Source of the DNA: an uncultured Gammaproteobacteria bacterium
GTDB taxonomy: Bacteria > Patescibacteriota > Patescibacteriia > Patescibacteriales > UBA12465
NCBI GenBank assembly: GCA_964588465.1
Contig: CAZPPL010000004.1
Span: 13,182 to 77,181, forward strand
Length of the DNA: 64,000 nucleotides
Direction: 5' to 3'
Below the pieces are notes generated by a model. That model saw nothing but the letters and a program-made list of their open reading frames with translations. It had not been told where the DNA came from and made no database searches. Position 1 is the stretch's first letter, and each line of letters starts with the position of its first letter. Made by a program: the position numbers and the translations under genes. Positions 20,505-30,685 of the stretch are shown here, one piece after another.

Positions 20505-22490
20505 ATGTCTTTAAAATACTTTTTTAATCCGCAGTCCATTGCGGTAGTGGGCGCTTCTACTAAGCCTCAAAAGTTGGGTCGGCAAATTTTAGACAATATT
20601 GTCCGTAATGGTTTTAAGGGAAAGGTTTATCCTATTAATCTAAAAAGATCTAAAGTGGCGAATTTACCTGCCTATAAAAGTTTAAGTGATTTACCGTCAA
20701 CAGACTATGCTTCGCTCTTAGTGCTCATTGCTATTCCCGCTAAGTTTGTTATAGCGGAATTGAATAAATGTGCTGTTCTAGGTATCAAAAATATAATTAT
20801 TATTAGTGCTGGATTTAAAGAAGACGGAGGAAAGGGAAAAGAAATGGAAGCAGAGATTGTCGCTTTAGCTCATCAGCATAAACTTAATATTTTAGGACCA
20901 AATTGTTTAGGATTGATTAACACTTGGCAAGGACTTAATGCTACTTTTGCAGCTGCCGACAAAGAGACTGGTAATAGTGCTCTATTATCACAATCTGGAG
21001 CTATTGGAGCGGCGGCTCTTGATTGGCTTAAGATTAAAGATTTCAATTTTGGTTATTTTGTTAGTTTAGGCAATCAAGCAGTTATAAACGAGAATCAAGT
21101 TTTAAATTATTTAGGAAAAGATTCGCGCATAGATTTAATTGTGGCCTATTTAGAAGAAATCAAAGATGGTCAGAAATTTATGGAGATAGTTTCACGCTTA
21201 TCTAAACATAAACCTGTAGCTATTCTTAAGTCTGGACTTAGTTCAGCGGGGAGTAAATTAGCTCTATCGCATACTGGGTCTTTAGCTGGATCAGCAGCAG
21301 CGGTACGAATTGGAGCCGAACGAGCAGGAGCCATTTGGTTAGAGAATCTAGGAGAATTGTTTAATTTATTATTATTATTTCGTAAAGAATCTTGGCATAA
21401 TTCTGGTCCAGCAGATTTACATATTATAACTAATGCTGGCGGAGTAGCAGTATTAGCAGCTGATGCTGTTAGTCGCCAGAATTTACCTTTAGGTTCTAGT
21501 CAAGACTTATTAGGTGATGCGGATGCTAAGCGCTATAGATTGGCTATTGAGGAGTCTTTAAAAAATAAAGATATTAACAATTTGTTAGTTCTATTAACCC
21601 CTCAGACTTCCACTGAACCTCTACAAACTGCCCAAGCCATAATTAAGGCGGCTCAAAAATATCCCCATAAATTAATTATGACCAATTTTGTAGGAGGGCA
21701 AGAAGTTGCTTCTGCTAGAGCCCTATTTGCTAAATATAGTATTCCCACTTTTAATTATCCTGAACAAGCAATACGTAGCTTTAAAAAACTTATTAATTAT
21801 AAGAACACTATTCATAACATTAAACCTTATCATCGTCCTTTGGCCGAGATTACTAGTAAGATTAGTAGTAGTGATTATGTAGCCTCCTTTAATTTATTAA
21901 AAAAATATAAGATTCCCATAGTTAAAACCGTAGTCTTTTCTTCGGACGATCTAAAGCTCTACAAATATCCTGCTGTTCTTAAAATTACTGGGGTAGATTT
22001 TTTGCACAAAACTGATAAAGGTGGGGTGATAATTAATTTAAAAACCGCTAAAGATTTAAGCTTGGCAGTTCGGCATTTGCAAAATAAATATCGTGTAGCT
22101 CTGCATAAAAAAGAAAATTATTTAGTAGTTCAAGCCCAAGAAAATAAATTTCAGGAAATTCTCTTAGGCTTTAAACGGGATTCCGCTTTTGGACCACTTA
22201 TGATGGTAGGGCAAGGAGGAATTTATACCGAAGTTTTTAAAGATTTTAAACTAGCAATTAGTGATTTAGGTCGTTCCCAGGCCTTAAAATTAATTGCCGA
22301 TTTAAAAATTTATCCGATTCTAAATGGAGCCCGTCGGCAGAAGAAATATGATCAGATAGCTTTAGCTGACGCTTTAGTGAATTTAGCGCATCTTGCCAAT
22401 GATCATCCAGAAATATCTGAACTAGATATCAATCCTTTATTTGTATTTGAAAAAGGAGTAAAAGCTGCTGATGTAAGAATTATTTTATAG
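20505..22490 (+). CDS. Acetate--CoA ligase (ADP-forming), fused alpha/beta (acetyl-CoA synthetase, ACD)
   Basis: The N-terminal CoA-binding segment is PQSIAVVGASTKPQKLGRQILDNI...VYPIN. LSQSGA and the His-loop region HTGSLAGS are present, with a C-terminal ATP-grasp domain. Confidence 0.8.
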   Translation: MSLKYFFNPQSIAVVGASTKPQKLGRQILDNIVRNGFKGKVYPINLKRSKVANLPAYKSLSDLPSTDYASLLVLIAIPAKFVIAELNKCAVLGIKNIIIISAGFKEDGGKGKEMEAEIVALAHQHKLNILGPNCLGLINTWQGLNATFAAADKETGNSALLSQSGAIGAAALDWLKIKDFNFGYFVSLGNQAVINENQVLNYLGKDSRIDLIVAYLEEIKDGQKFMEIVSRLSKHKPVAILKSGLSSAGSKLALSHTGSLAGSAAAVRIGAERAGAIWLENLGELFNLLLLFRKESWHNSGPADLHIITNAGGVAVLAADAVSRQNLPLGSSQDLLGDADAKRYRLAIEESLKNKDINNLLVLLTPQTSTEPLQTAQAIIKAAQKYPHKLIMTNFVGGQEVASARALFAKYSIPTFNYPEQAIRSFKKLINYKNTIHNIKPYHRPLAEITSKISSSDYVASFNLLKKYKIPIVKTVVFSSDDLKLYKYPAVLKITGVDFLHKTDKGGVIINLKTAKDLSLAVRHLQNKYRVALHKKENYLVVQAQENKFQEILLGFKRDSAFGPLMMVGQGGIYTEVFKDFKLAISDLGRSQALKLIADLKIYPILNGARRQKKYDQIALADALVNLAHLANDHPEISELDINPLFVFEKGVKAADVRIIL

Positions 22491-22615
22491 TTTATTTTGT
22501 TTGTAGTATTTTATTATAATAAGAATAGTAATCGTTTCAATTCGGCCCTTATAAATATATAAGACTTATTGAACTGGTATTATTACTGAAGCAATGAATA
22601 CCGGAGCTCAAATAT

Positions 22616-24265
22616 ATGACCCTTAAAAGCCTTTTGAAGAGACAGATCAATAATATCACTGTAGCCGCCGCCCTAGTGGCGATGTCGTCTTTAGCCTCAC
22701 GATTCTTAGGGCTGTTACGGGATAGAATATTAGCTGGTCAATTTGGAGCAGGACGATCTCTAGATATTTATTATGCTGCTTTTAGAGTCCCAGATTTAGT
22801 GTTTAATATTATCGTTCTAGGAGCTTTGTCGGCAGGGTTTATTCCAATTTTTACTTCAGTTATTCGTGATTTTAAGTGTGAACGAGATCTTAGTCAAGCA
22901 CCCGGTTTTAAAAATTCTGAAGCTTGGAGTTTGGCTAGTAATGTTCTAAATTTTTTATTTGTAGCTTTACTTTTCTTATCGCTACTGGGAATAATTTTTG
23001 CTCCAGCTCTTACTCGTCTGATTGCTCCAGGTTTTAGTTTATCTGAGCAGCTAAAGACCGCTTCTTTAACTAGAATTATGTTTTTATCGCCATTATTTTT
23101 AGGCATCTCAGGAATTATTGGCGGAGTATTACAATCGTTTAAAAGATTTTTAATTTATTCTTTAGCCCCTATTTTTTATAATTTAGGGATTATTATTGGA
23201 GCCTTATATTTTGTTCAGTGGTGGGGTCTTTATGGCCTAGCTTGGGGGGTAGTTTTAGGAGCCTTTATGCACATGAGCATTCAGTTGCCTACGGTACGTC
23301 ATCTAGGTTTTCGTTATAAGTTCAAATTCAATTGGCGGGATATTAATACTAGAAGAGTAGGGCGTATGATGGTTCCGCAAACCTTAAGTTTAGGAGTTTT
23401 ACAAATTAATTTAGTAATTATTACCATATTAGCTTCTAATTTATCTCATGGTTCTTTAACTATTTTTAACTTTGCTAATAATCTGCAATCTTTTCCTATT
23501 GGTATTTTTGGATTTTCTTTCGCCATCGCCGCTTTTCCAGTACTATCTGCCAATGCTTTTAATCGAGAGAAATTAGTTCGTACTTTTTCTCAAACTATAC
23601 GTAAGATTTTATTTTTTATTATACCAGCTACGGTTTTAATTATTGCCTTACGGGCTCAAATTATTAGAGTAGTTCTAGGCTCAGGAAAGTTTGATTGGCA
23701 AGATACAATTTTAACTATGAACACTCTAGGGATTTTTGCTATAAGTTTATTTGCTCAAGCTACCATACCTTTACTTATTAGAGTCTTCTACGCGCGACAC
23801 GATTCGGTTACTCCTTTTTATATTAGTTTAGTAACGGTGGCAGTTAATACGGTGCTGGCAATTATGTTAGCTCCACGTTTAGGAGTAGCGGGTTTAGCCT
23901 TAGCTTTCTCAGTCGCTAGTATTTTAGAATTTATAATGTTATGGGTCTGGTTATCCATTATTATTGGTGGTTTAGATTTGAATCATACTTTAAAGGCGGT
24001 TATTAAATTAACTATTAGTGGCATTGCTGCTGGCGGGGCAGCACAGATTATGAAAGTTTTAATTTTGCCCTTTATTAATATGACTAGATTCAGCGGAGTG
24101 TTTATTCAACTTTCTTCGGCGGCCTTGATAGGAATCTTAGTTTATCTAGGTTTCTGCTATTTATTTAAAAGTGAAGAACTGTTAGGATTTATGTTAGCCT
24201 TAAATAAACGCTGGCCTTTTAAGAAAGTTAATATTGGCGACCAGGGCGAAGCTCGGGGAATTTAA
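22616..24265 (+). CDS. murJ: Lipid II flippase MurJ/MviN
   Basis: About 14 predicted TM helices. The N-terminal SRFLGLLRDRILAGQFGAGRSLDIYYAAFRVPDL is typical of MurJ. Confidence 0.85.
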   Translation: MTLKSLLKRQINNITVAAALVAMSSLASRFLGLLRDRILAGQFGAGRSLDIYYAAFRVPDLVFNIIVLGALSAGFIPIFTSVIRDFKCERDLSQAPGFKNSEAWSLASNVLNFLFVALLFLSLLGIIFAPALTRLIAPGFSLSEQLKTASLTRIMFLSPLFLGISGIIGGVLQSFKRFLIYSLAPIFYNLGIIIGALYFVQWWGLYGLAWGVVLGAFMHMSIQLPTVRHLGFRYKFKFNWRDINTRRVGRMMVPQTLSLGVLQINLVIITILASNLSHGSLTIFNFANNLQSFPIGIFGFSFAIAAFPVLSANAFNREKLVRTFSQTIRKILFFIIPATVLIIALRAQIIRVVLGSGKFDWQDTILTMNTLGIFAISLFAQATIPLLIRVFYARHDSVTPFYISLVTVAVNTVLAIMLAPRLGVAGLALAFSVASILEFIMLWVWLSIIIGGLDLNHTLKAVIKLTISGIAAGGAAQIMKVLILPFINMTRFSGVFIQLSSAALIGILVYLGFCYLFKSEELLGFMLALNKRWPFKKVNIGDQGEARGI

Positions 24266-24274
24266 TTAATATTT

Positions 24275-26110
24275 ATGTTAGATTTAAATAAAATTAGAAA
24301 TTTTTGTATCATTGCCCATATTGATCATGGTAAATCAACTTTAGCCGATCGTATGTTAGAGATCACCGGTACGGTGGAAGCACGAAAAATGAAAGAGCAG
24401 ATTTTAGATGGTATGGATATTGAACGAGAGCGAGGAATCACCATTAAACTACAGCCAGTAACTATGGATTATAAGGGTTATCAATTAAACTTAATTGATA
24501 CCCCTGGGCATGTAGATTTTTCTTATGAAGTGTCACGGTCTTTAGCAGCGGTAGAAACAGCAATATTATTAGTTGATTGTACTCAAGGCATTCAAGCTCA
24601 AACTTTGGCTAACTTGTATTTAGCCTTAGAACAAAATTTAAATATTATTCCCGTAGTGAATAAGATTGATCTACCCGCAGCGGATGTAGCTAAAACTACA
24701 AGAGAAATAGTTGATCTACTGGGTTGTTCTCCTGAGTCTATAATTTGTGCTTCGGGCAAAACTGGAGCTGGAGTTATTGAGATTCTTCAGGCGGTAATTT
24801 CTCAAGGTAGTTTTCCTTTAGAGCCTAAGGAAAATAAAGATACTGGAGTCCAGACAGATTATTTACGAGCTTTAATTTTTGATTCTAAATATGATACCTA
24901 TCAGGGAGTGGTTGCCTATGTCCGGGTTTTTAATGGATCCCTGGAAAAAGGCGATAAAATTAAACTATTATCTAATGGGGTGGAGAGTGAGGTTTTAGAT
25001 TGTGGATTTTTTAAACCCGATTATGTCTCTACTGGAGAATTACATAGTGGGGAGATTGGGTATGTAATTACTGGTTTTAAACAAGTGGCAGATTGTCGAG
25101 TAGGGGATACTCTAACTGTTAACACCAAGACTCTTAGTTCTAATAAGCTGGTAGCTTTACCTGGATATAAGGAAGTACACCCTATGGTATTTGCAGGTAT
25201 TTTTCCGCGGGAAGGTAATGACTTTAAAGAGTTACGAGAAGCCATGGAAAAATTAAAATTAAACGACGCTGCCCTGTCTTATGAACCAGAACGCTCGGAT
25301 GCTTTAGGTTTCGGTTTTCGGTGTGGATTTTTAGGTCTATTACATTTAGAAATTTTTCAAGAAAGATTACAACGAGAATATAATTTGAATTTGATTGTTA
25401 CCGTGCCTAGCGTGGCTTATCAGATTATTAAAAGTAATGGAGAAGAAATTACTATTCGCACCCCTCAAGCTTTACCTGATCCGACCAAAGTTAGGGTGAT
25501 TAAGGAGCCTTGGGTAAACTTAGATATTATTACCCCTAAAAAATATTTAGGAAATATTATTAAATTAGCTCAGGATAAGAAAGGGATTTATAAAAATACT
25601 GAGTATATCTCTACCAGTGGTGATGACAGTCGGGTATTATTACATTATGAGATCCCTTTGGCGGCAATTTTAACTGATTTTTACGATAAAATAAAAAGTG
25701 TTTCTGCGGGTTATGCTTCTATTAATTATGATTATTTAGATTATCGTCCAGCCCGAGTAATTAAGATGGATATTTTAGTAGCGGAAGAAATTGTTGAATC
25801 TTTAGCTACCATTGTCTATGTTGATGATGCCTATCGTGAAGGGCGTAAAATTGTAGAAATTTTAAAACATAATTTGACCAGACAAATGTTTGCTGTTAAA
25901 ATTCAGGCAGCGCTTAATGGTAAAATTATTGCCTCTGAAACTTTGTCGGCTCGGCGTAAAGATGTTACCGCTAAATTATATGGTGGAGATGTTACTCGTA
26001 AACGAAAACTTTTAGAAAAGCAGAAGAAAGGTAAGAAAAAGATGATGACTGCGGGTCGCGGAAGAGTAGATATTCCTCCCGAAACCTTTGTTAAAATTTT
26101 AAAACGATAA
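24275..26110 (+). CDS. lepA: Translation elongation factor 4 (LepA)
   Basis: IRNFCIIAHIDHGKSTLADR is the G1 motif, DTPGHVDF is G3 and NKID is G4. The C-terminal LepA-specific domain is also present. Confidence 0.95.
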   Translation: MLDLNKIRNFCIIAHIDHGKSTLADRMLEITGTVEARKMKEQILDGMDIERERGITIKLQPVTMDYKGYQLNLIDTPGHVDFSYEVSRSLAAVETAILLVDCTQGIQAQTLANLYLALEQNLNIIPVVNKIDLPAADVAKTTREIVDLLGCSPESIICASGKTGAGVIEILQAVISQGSFPLEPKENKDTGVQTDYLRALIFDSKYDTYQGVVAYVRVFNGSLEKGDKIKLLSNGVESEVLDCGFFKPDYVSTGELHSGEIGYVITGFKQVADCRVGDTLTVNTKTLSSNKLVALPGYKEVHPMVFAGIFPREGNDFKELREAMEKLKLNDAALSYEPERSDALGFGFRCGFLGLLHLEIFQERLQREYNLNLIVTVPSVAYQIIKSNGEEITIRTPQALPDPTKVRVIKEPWVNLDIITPKKYLGNIIKLAQDKKGIYKNTEYISTSGDDSRVLLHYEIPLAAILTDFYDKIKSVSAGYASINYDYLDYRPARVIKMDILVAEEIVESLATIVYVDDAYREGRKIVEILKHNLTRQMFAVKIQAALNGKIIASETLSARRKDVTAKLYGGDVTRKRKLLEKQKKGKKKMMTAGRGRVDIPPETFVKILKR

Positions 26111-26129
26111 TAAATAATAAACAATATAT

Positions 26130-26231
26130 ATGAAACGACGAAAAGTAATTAAAGCTTTATGGATTGTGATTTCTATAGTTGTAGTTCTGTCTATGGTAGC
26201 TTGGACTGCAGCGGTTGGTTTTATCCAATAA
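26130..26231 (+). CDS. Possible 33-aa single-TM micro-protein
   Basis: ATG at 26130 and TAA at 26229-26231. It translates as MKRRKVIKALWIVISIVVVLSMVAWTAAVGFIQ and lies between lepA and recJ. Confidence 0.3.
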   Translation: MKRRKVIKALWIVISIVVVLSMVAWTAAVGFIQ

Positions 26232-26235
26232 AACA

Positions 26236-28014
26236 ATGAAAATTTGGAAAATTTTACCTAAAATTAGTTCAGAGTTTTTACTCAGTCACCCCGATATTAA
26301 CCCTCTGCTATTACAGTTAATGTATAATCGTGGTTTAAAGCAGAGCGCTGATATGCAGTTAGTTTTAAACGATAGTGATTTTTATGATCCCTTTTTGTTT
26401 AAGAATATGTCGGCAGTGGTAGAACTAATAATTTCCCATATTAAAGCTGGCCATAAGATTATGGTATATGGTGATTATGATGCCGATGGCGTTACCGCTT
26501 CGGTTATTCTACTAGAGACTTTAAATATTTTACACGGTAAAGCTGAGGTTTATTTACCCGACAGATCTTCTGAAGGCTATGGTTTGAATAAGAAAGCCAT
26601 TGATAAGTTTGCTAGTGAAGATTTCAAATTAATTATTACCGTAGATAATGGCATTAGGAATAAGGACGAAGTAGTCTATGCTCAAAAGTTAGGGATAGAT
26701 GTTATTATTACTGATCATCATATTCTTCCCGATAAAGAAAAGGATTTACCGCCCTGCTTATACCTTAATCCTTCCGACTCTAAGGATAATTACCCTTGGA
26801 AATATTTAGCTGGTGTGGGAGTAGCCTTTAAATTGCTTAGCGCTCTTTTAGTTAAGGCTGATTTAAGCGAAAGTCAGAAAAAGTTAATTAGTGATAAATG
26901 TTTAGATTTAGTAGCTATTGGTACAATTGCTGATATGGTTAATTTATTAGGAGAAAATAGACAGCTAGTTAAGCAAGGATTGAAAGTATTAAATAATAAT
27001 CAACGTTTAGGTCTTAATGAACTGATAAAAGTGGCCAAAATTAATTCTAGCAGATCTCTAGAGTCTTGGAATGTTGCTTGGCAAATTGGTCCGCGTTTAA
27101 ATGCTGCTAGTCGTATGGCTCACGCCAACACTGCTTTTGCTCTGCTTACTACAACTGACCCGAGAGAAGCCTATGATTTAGCGCAGGAACTTAACGAACG
27201 TAATTTGCTACGTCAAAAGATTACTGCTGGGATTATTAGTCAAGTGGAAGATCAAATTGACGCTAAGAATCTGCCACTGATTATTATTGCCGTAGCTCAA
27301 GCTCAGCAGAATTGGAATGAAGGAGTGATTGGCTTAGTAGCTGGACGCATTGCCGAAAAATACTATCGTCCTACCCTGATAATAACACGTTCTAGAGATA
27401 TCCACTTTGATTATAAGGCTAAGAAACCAAAACCAGAAGAAACCATTTTTAAAAGTTCTGGACGTTCAATTAAAGAATTTAATTTAATTGCTGCTATTGA
27501 AGCTAGTGCTAAAAGTTTAGATAAATATGGTGGACATCCTATGGCTTGTGGTTTTTCCCTTATTGGTGAACAGAATTTAGCGGATTTTAAAAAAGACATT
27601 TTAGCTCTAGCCAGAAAAGAATTAGATCCTAGTACTCTTATTCCTCAAATAAGTATTGAAGCAGAATTAGAGTTTAGTGAGATAAATTTGGATTTAGTTG
27701 AACAAATTAATATTTTAGCTCCCTATGGACAGAATAATCCTCAACCAATTTTGCTTAGTCATAATCTGCGTTTAGAAGATATTGTTACTATGGGATTAGA
27801 TAATCAACATATTAAATTTCGTCTGAGTTCTCTTAGTTCGCTTACTAAACAATCTAGTAATTTTTGGGCTTTATCTTTTGGGGGAGCAGAGAAGTATAAA
27901 AAATTTAAAATTGGCGATCAGCTAGATTTGGTTTATCATTTGGAGATTAATGAATTTAAAGGTAGAAGAGAAGTACAACTAAAAATTGTAGATATAAGAT
28001 TAAATAAAGTTTAA
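26236..28014 (+). CDS. recJ: Single-stranded-DNA-specific exonuclease RecJ
   Basis: DHH family motifs are present, including VYGDYDADGVTA, ITVDNG and ITDHH, with a DHHA1-like GGHPMACG. The track start at 26215 is non-ATG, and MKIWKIL at 26236 is more likely. Confidence 0.85.
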   Translation: MKIWKILPKISSEFLLSHPDINPLLLQLMYNRGLKQSADMQLVLNDSDFYDPFLFKNMSAVVELIISHIKAGHKIMVYGDYDADGVTASVILLETLNILHGKAEVYLPDRSSEGYGLNKKAIDKFASEDFKLIITVDNGIRNKDEVVYAQKLGIDVIITDHHILPDKEKDLPPCLYLNPSDSKDNYPWKYLAGVGVAFKLLSALLVKADLSESQKKLISDKCLDLVAIGTIADMVNLLGENRQLVKQGLKVLNNNQRLGLNELIKVAKINSSRSLESWNVAWQIGPRLNAASRMAHANTAFALLTTTDPREAYDLAQELNERNLLRQKITAGIISQVEDQIDAKNLPLIIIAVAQAQQNWNEGVIGLVAGRIAEKYYRPTLIITRSRDIHFDYKAKKPKPEETIFKSSGRSIKEFNLIAAIEASAKSLDKYGGHPMACGFSLIGEQNLADFKKDILALARKELDPSTLIPQISIEAELEFSEINLDLVEQINILAPYGQNNPQPILLSHNLRLEDIVTMGLDNQHIKFRLSSLSSLTKQSSNFWALSFGGAEKYKKFKIGDQLDLVYHLEINEFKGRREVQLKIVDIRLNKV

Positions 28015-28064
28015 TAGAATATTATTTGATTTTAATTCAAATATTTATTAATTTAGATATTTAT

Positions 28065-28469
28065 ATGAATAAGTTAATTATCTATACTGATGGTGGAGCG
28101 CGAGGTAATCCAGGACCAGCAGGTATCGGAGCTATACTTTATGATGGGCAGAAGAAGGTAGTGGCCAAAATTTCGCAGTACTTAGGAGTGGCCACTAACA
28201 ATCAAGCAGAGTATAAAGCGGTTATCGTTGCTATTCAGAAAGCTCGTAGTTTAGGAGCTAAAGAATTAACTTGTTATTTAGATAGTGAACTCGTGGTTAA
28301 ACAGTTAAGACGTGAGTATAAAGTAAAAAACAAAGAATTAGCATCTTTGTTTTTAACTGTTTATAATTTGTCTTTTAGTTTTAAACAAATTACTTATATT
28401 CATATTCCCCGAGAACAAAATCAAGAGGCTGATAGTCTAGCCAATCAAGCCATGGACCGTAAGTCTTAG
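28065..28469 (+). CDS. rnhA: Ribonuclease HI family protein
   Basis: IYTDGGARGNPGPAGIG, NNQAEYKA and QEADSLAN carry the DEDD catalytic residues of type 1 RNase H. The likely start is MNKLIIY at 28065. Confidence 0.75.
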   Translation: MNKLIIYTDGGARGNPGPAGIGAILYDGQKKVVAKISQYLGVATNNQAEYKAVIVAIQKARSLGAKELTCYLDSELVVKQLRREYKVKNKELASLFLTVYNLSFSFKQITYIHIPREQNQEADSLANQAMDRKS

Positions 28470-28488
28470 ACTCATACTTAACTTTATT

Positions 28489-29370
28489 TTATTGCTTGCT
28501 AATATATTTATAGCGCCGAATATTTTTATTGGCTAATTGTTGAATCTCTCGTATATCTTTAGTTTTTAGATGTTTAAATCTGCCTTGTAAATTCAAGTAT
28601 TCATTAACTGGTTTAGCAGCAAAATTAGCATTAATACTGGAGCCACTGAGTTTTCCGTCTTTATATTCTAGTAAAGGATAGAGGCCAGTTAAAACTGCTA
28701 GTTTTCCCATTAGAACCGCTTGATTTGTCTCCACTTTCCAGCCGGGAATACAGGGTGATAGAATTTGTAAGTAACTGGGCCCAGAGACGCTCAAAGCGAC
28801 TTTTATTTTGCGAGTAATATCGTCAGGATATCCAGTAGTACTTTGAGCAGCATATTTCAGCCCGTGTGCTAGAGCAATCGCTAACATATCTTTTTTCACT
28901 TGTTGGGAACCAGCAGATTTTATTCCCGCCGGTGTGGTAGTAGTGGCAGCGTCATAAGGGGTAGAACCTGAGGCTTGAATACCAGTGTTGGAATAAGCTT
29001 CAGTATCATAACAAATATATAAAATATTTTCTTTCCTTTCCCACATTCCACTAATAAGTCCTAAACCAATATCATAAGTTCCGCCATCACCTCCTTGCAC
29101 TACCACTTTAGTATTTTTGTCGCCTTTCTGTTTTAGAGCGGCAGAAATTCCTGAGGCTACCGCTGAAGCATTTTCAAATAAAGAATGGATCCAAGGCAGA
29201 CCCCAAGCACTTTGGGGGTAGGCAGTAGTGGTTACCTCCAGACAACCAGTAGCATTGGAGATAATTGTGTCTGGACTTAAACCACGCATTACGGCTTGCA
29301 CAGCAACTAATTGTCCACAACCAGAACAAGCATTATGGCCTGGGGAGATGAATTTAAGTTTTGTTTTCAT
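28489..29370 (-). CDS. porB: 2-oxoacid (pyruvate):ferredoxin oxidoreductase beta subunit (TPP-binding)
   Basis: CSGCGQ is near the N-terminus and GGDGGTYDIGL is the TPP/Mg motif. It is the last gene of the por operon on the minus strand. Confidence 0.85.
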   Translation of the reverse strand: MKTKLKFISPGHNACSGCGQLVAVQAVMRGLSPDTIISNATGCLEVTTTAYPQSAWGLPWIHSLFENASAVASGISAALKQKGDKNTKVVVQGGDGGTYDIGLGLISGMWERKENILYICYDTEAYSNTGIQASGSTPYDAATTTTPAGIKSAGSQQVKKDMLAIALAHGLKYAAQSTTGYPDDITRKIKVALSVSGPSYLQILSPCIPGWKVETNQAVLMGKLAVLTGLYPLLEYKDGKLSGSSINANFAAKPVNEYLNLQGRFKHLKTKDIREIQQLANKNIRRYKYISKQ

Positions 29371-29423
29371 AATAATAAACAGAATTTAGTTAATAAAATT
29401 AATATACTAGTTTAGTGGTTATT

Positions 29424-30656
29424 CTAAGGTTTTTTATAACACCATAGGCCACTAGCACAATCCCTTGCTCCTAAATCGTAACTCTTACCAGATTTGGCAC
29501 AGGTGCTGCCAGGTTTATTACCACAAGGCTCTCCAAGTTTACCAAGACCCACTACCACAACATGATTATAGCACCACCTCCATTGACTAGCATCACTACC
29601 TCGAACAGTCATCCTTCCTAGCCATTTTGATCCATCTTTTAAAGTTGCGCATTTGTCACTATTGCTTGAAACACAATAATTAATTTCACCTTTAGAATTC
29701 ATAACTTTAGGTGTTTGTGAACAACTGGAGTGATAAAACTTACTATTAGAGAGTTTAGCACAATTATTAGGAGTAGTGTTCATACACTGATATAGACCCC
29801 CTGTATTAGTATAATCGATTGTACAACAACCCGTCGCTTCACAAGTTCCTGTAGTGTAATCGGGACTATAATAATTATCTTGTGAGTTTTTTATCATGAA
29901 ATTACCGCTCTTAATCTTGCAACTAACACTTCCCATTATTTCTGCTTGTTTATTATTATTGGCATCTTTATATTCACAACAACCTAAGTTACTCTTCGGT
30001 ATCACTTGAGTTTCAAGTATTTTTAACTTTACTAAATTAGGATTGATAGTGGTAAGTATTAACCAAGAACTAAATAGAATAACTAAACCTACAATACTGC
30101 CAGTAATTAACTCTTTAGCCTGACTTATTCTAGAATCATTACCTGCAGACACTAGCCATAACATTCCTCCGCCCATTAGAACTACTGCGGCTAAAATACT
30201 GCCGATTATTAGGCCATAATTATATAGAGCTTTAATATACTCCGCCAACAGACTGCTATACATTTTGCCAGAGCCAGCATCATAATGTCCAACGGCTACA
30301 CTTTTTTTATCAAAAATAGAATTAGGTATTTGTACTTGAGGTTCAAAGTTTAAAGATTTATAGATTTTTGCATTATTATTACTATTAGGAGGAGGAGTGT
30401 ATGTGCTTTGGGACGAATTTATAGCTGGACTCACTGTTTGAGTTGTACAACAACAAGCACCAGGATTTTGTTGTTGTTGGAAAAAAGTTATATTACAGTC
30501 ACTTGGGACTTTTTTTGTTTCAATAGTGGAGCATAGCTTTCCAGTATTTATTATATTCTTAGCCACCCAATGGCAAGATTCCGCTTTAGATATTTTAGGA
30601 AAAAATAAAAATATTATTAGAAATAAACCTAAGATTGTTATGGTTAATTTTTTCAT
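29424..30656 (-). CDS. Cys-rich exported protein with a TrbC/VirB2-like (T4SS pilin-like) two-TM hairpin core, paralog 2 (410 aa)
   Basis: The signal peptide is MKKLTITILGLFLIIFLFFPKISKA. It is followed by an N-terminal Cys-rich region (ESCH...CCC). The core LIIGSILAAVVLMGGGMLWLVSAGNDSRISQAKELITGSIVGLVILFSSWLILTTINPNLV forms TM, a short basic/polar loop, then TM, as in T4SS pilins. A C-terminal domain of about 190 aa carries many Cys. Confidence 0.5.
   Translation of the reverse strand: MKKLTITILGLFLIIFLFFPKISKAESCHWVAKNIINTGKLCSTIETKKVPSDCNITFFQQQQNPGACCCTTQTVSPAINSSQSTYTPPPNSNNNAKIYKSLNFEPQVQIPNSIFDKKSVAVGHYDAGSGKMYSSLLAEYIKALYNYGLIIGSILAAVVLMGGGMLWLVSAGNDSRISQAKELITGSIVGLVILFSSWLILTTINPNLVKLKILETQVIPKSNLGCCEYKDANNNKQAEIMGSVSCKIKSGNFMIKNSQDNYYSPDYTTGTCEATGCCTIDYTNTGGLYQCMNTTPNNCAKLSNSKFYHSSCSQTPKVMNSKGEINYCVSSNSDKCATLKDGSKWLGRMTVRGSDASQWRWCYNHVVVVGLGKLGEPCGNKPGSTCAKSGKSYDLGARDCASGLWCYKKP
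29990..30356. repeat. 367-bp perfect direct repeat, copy A (core of pilin-like paralog 2)
   Basis: I compared it base by base with 30874..31240 (offset 884 bp) and found no mismatch. Identity ends abruptly on both sides. Confidence 0.95.
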
Positions 30657-30685
30657 AGTTTAGATAAAAAATCTGGGTTCATCAC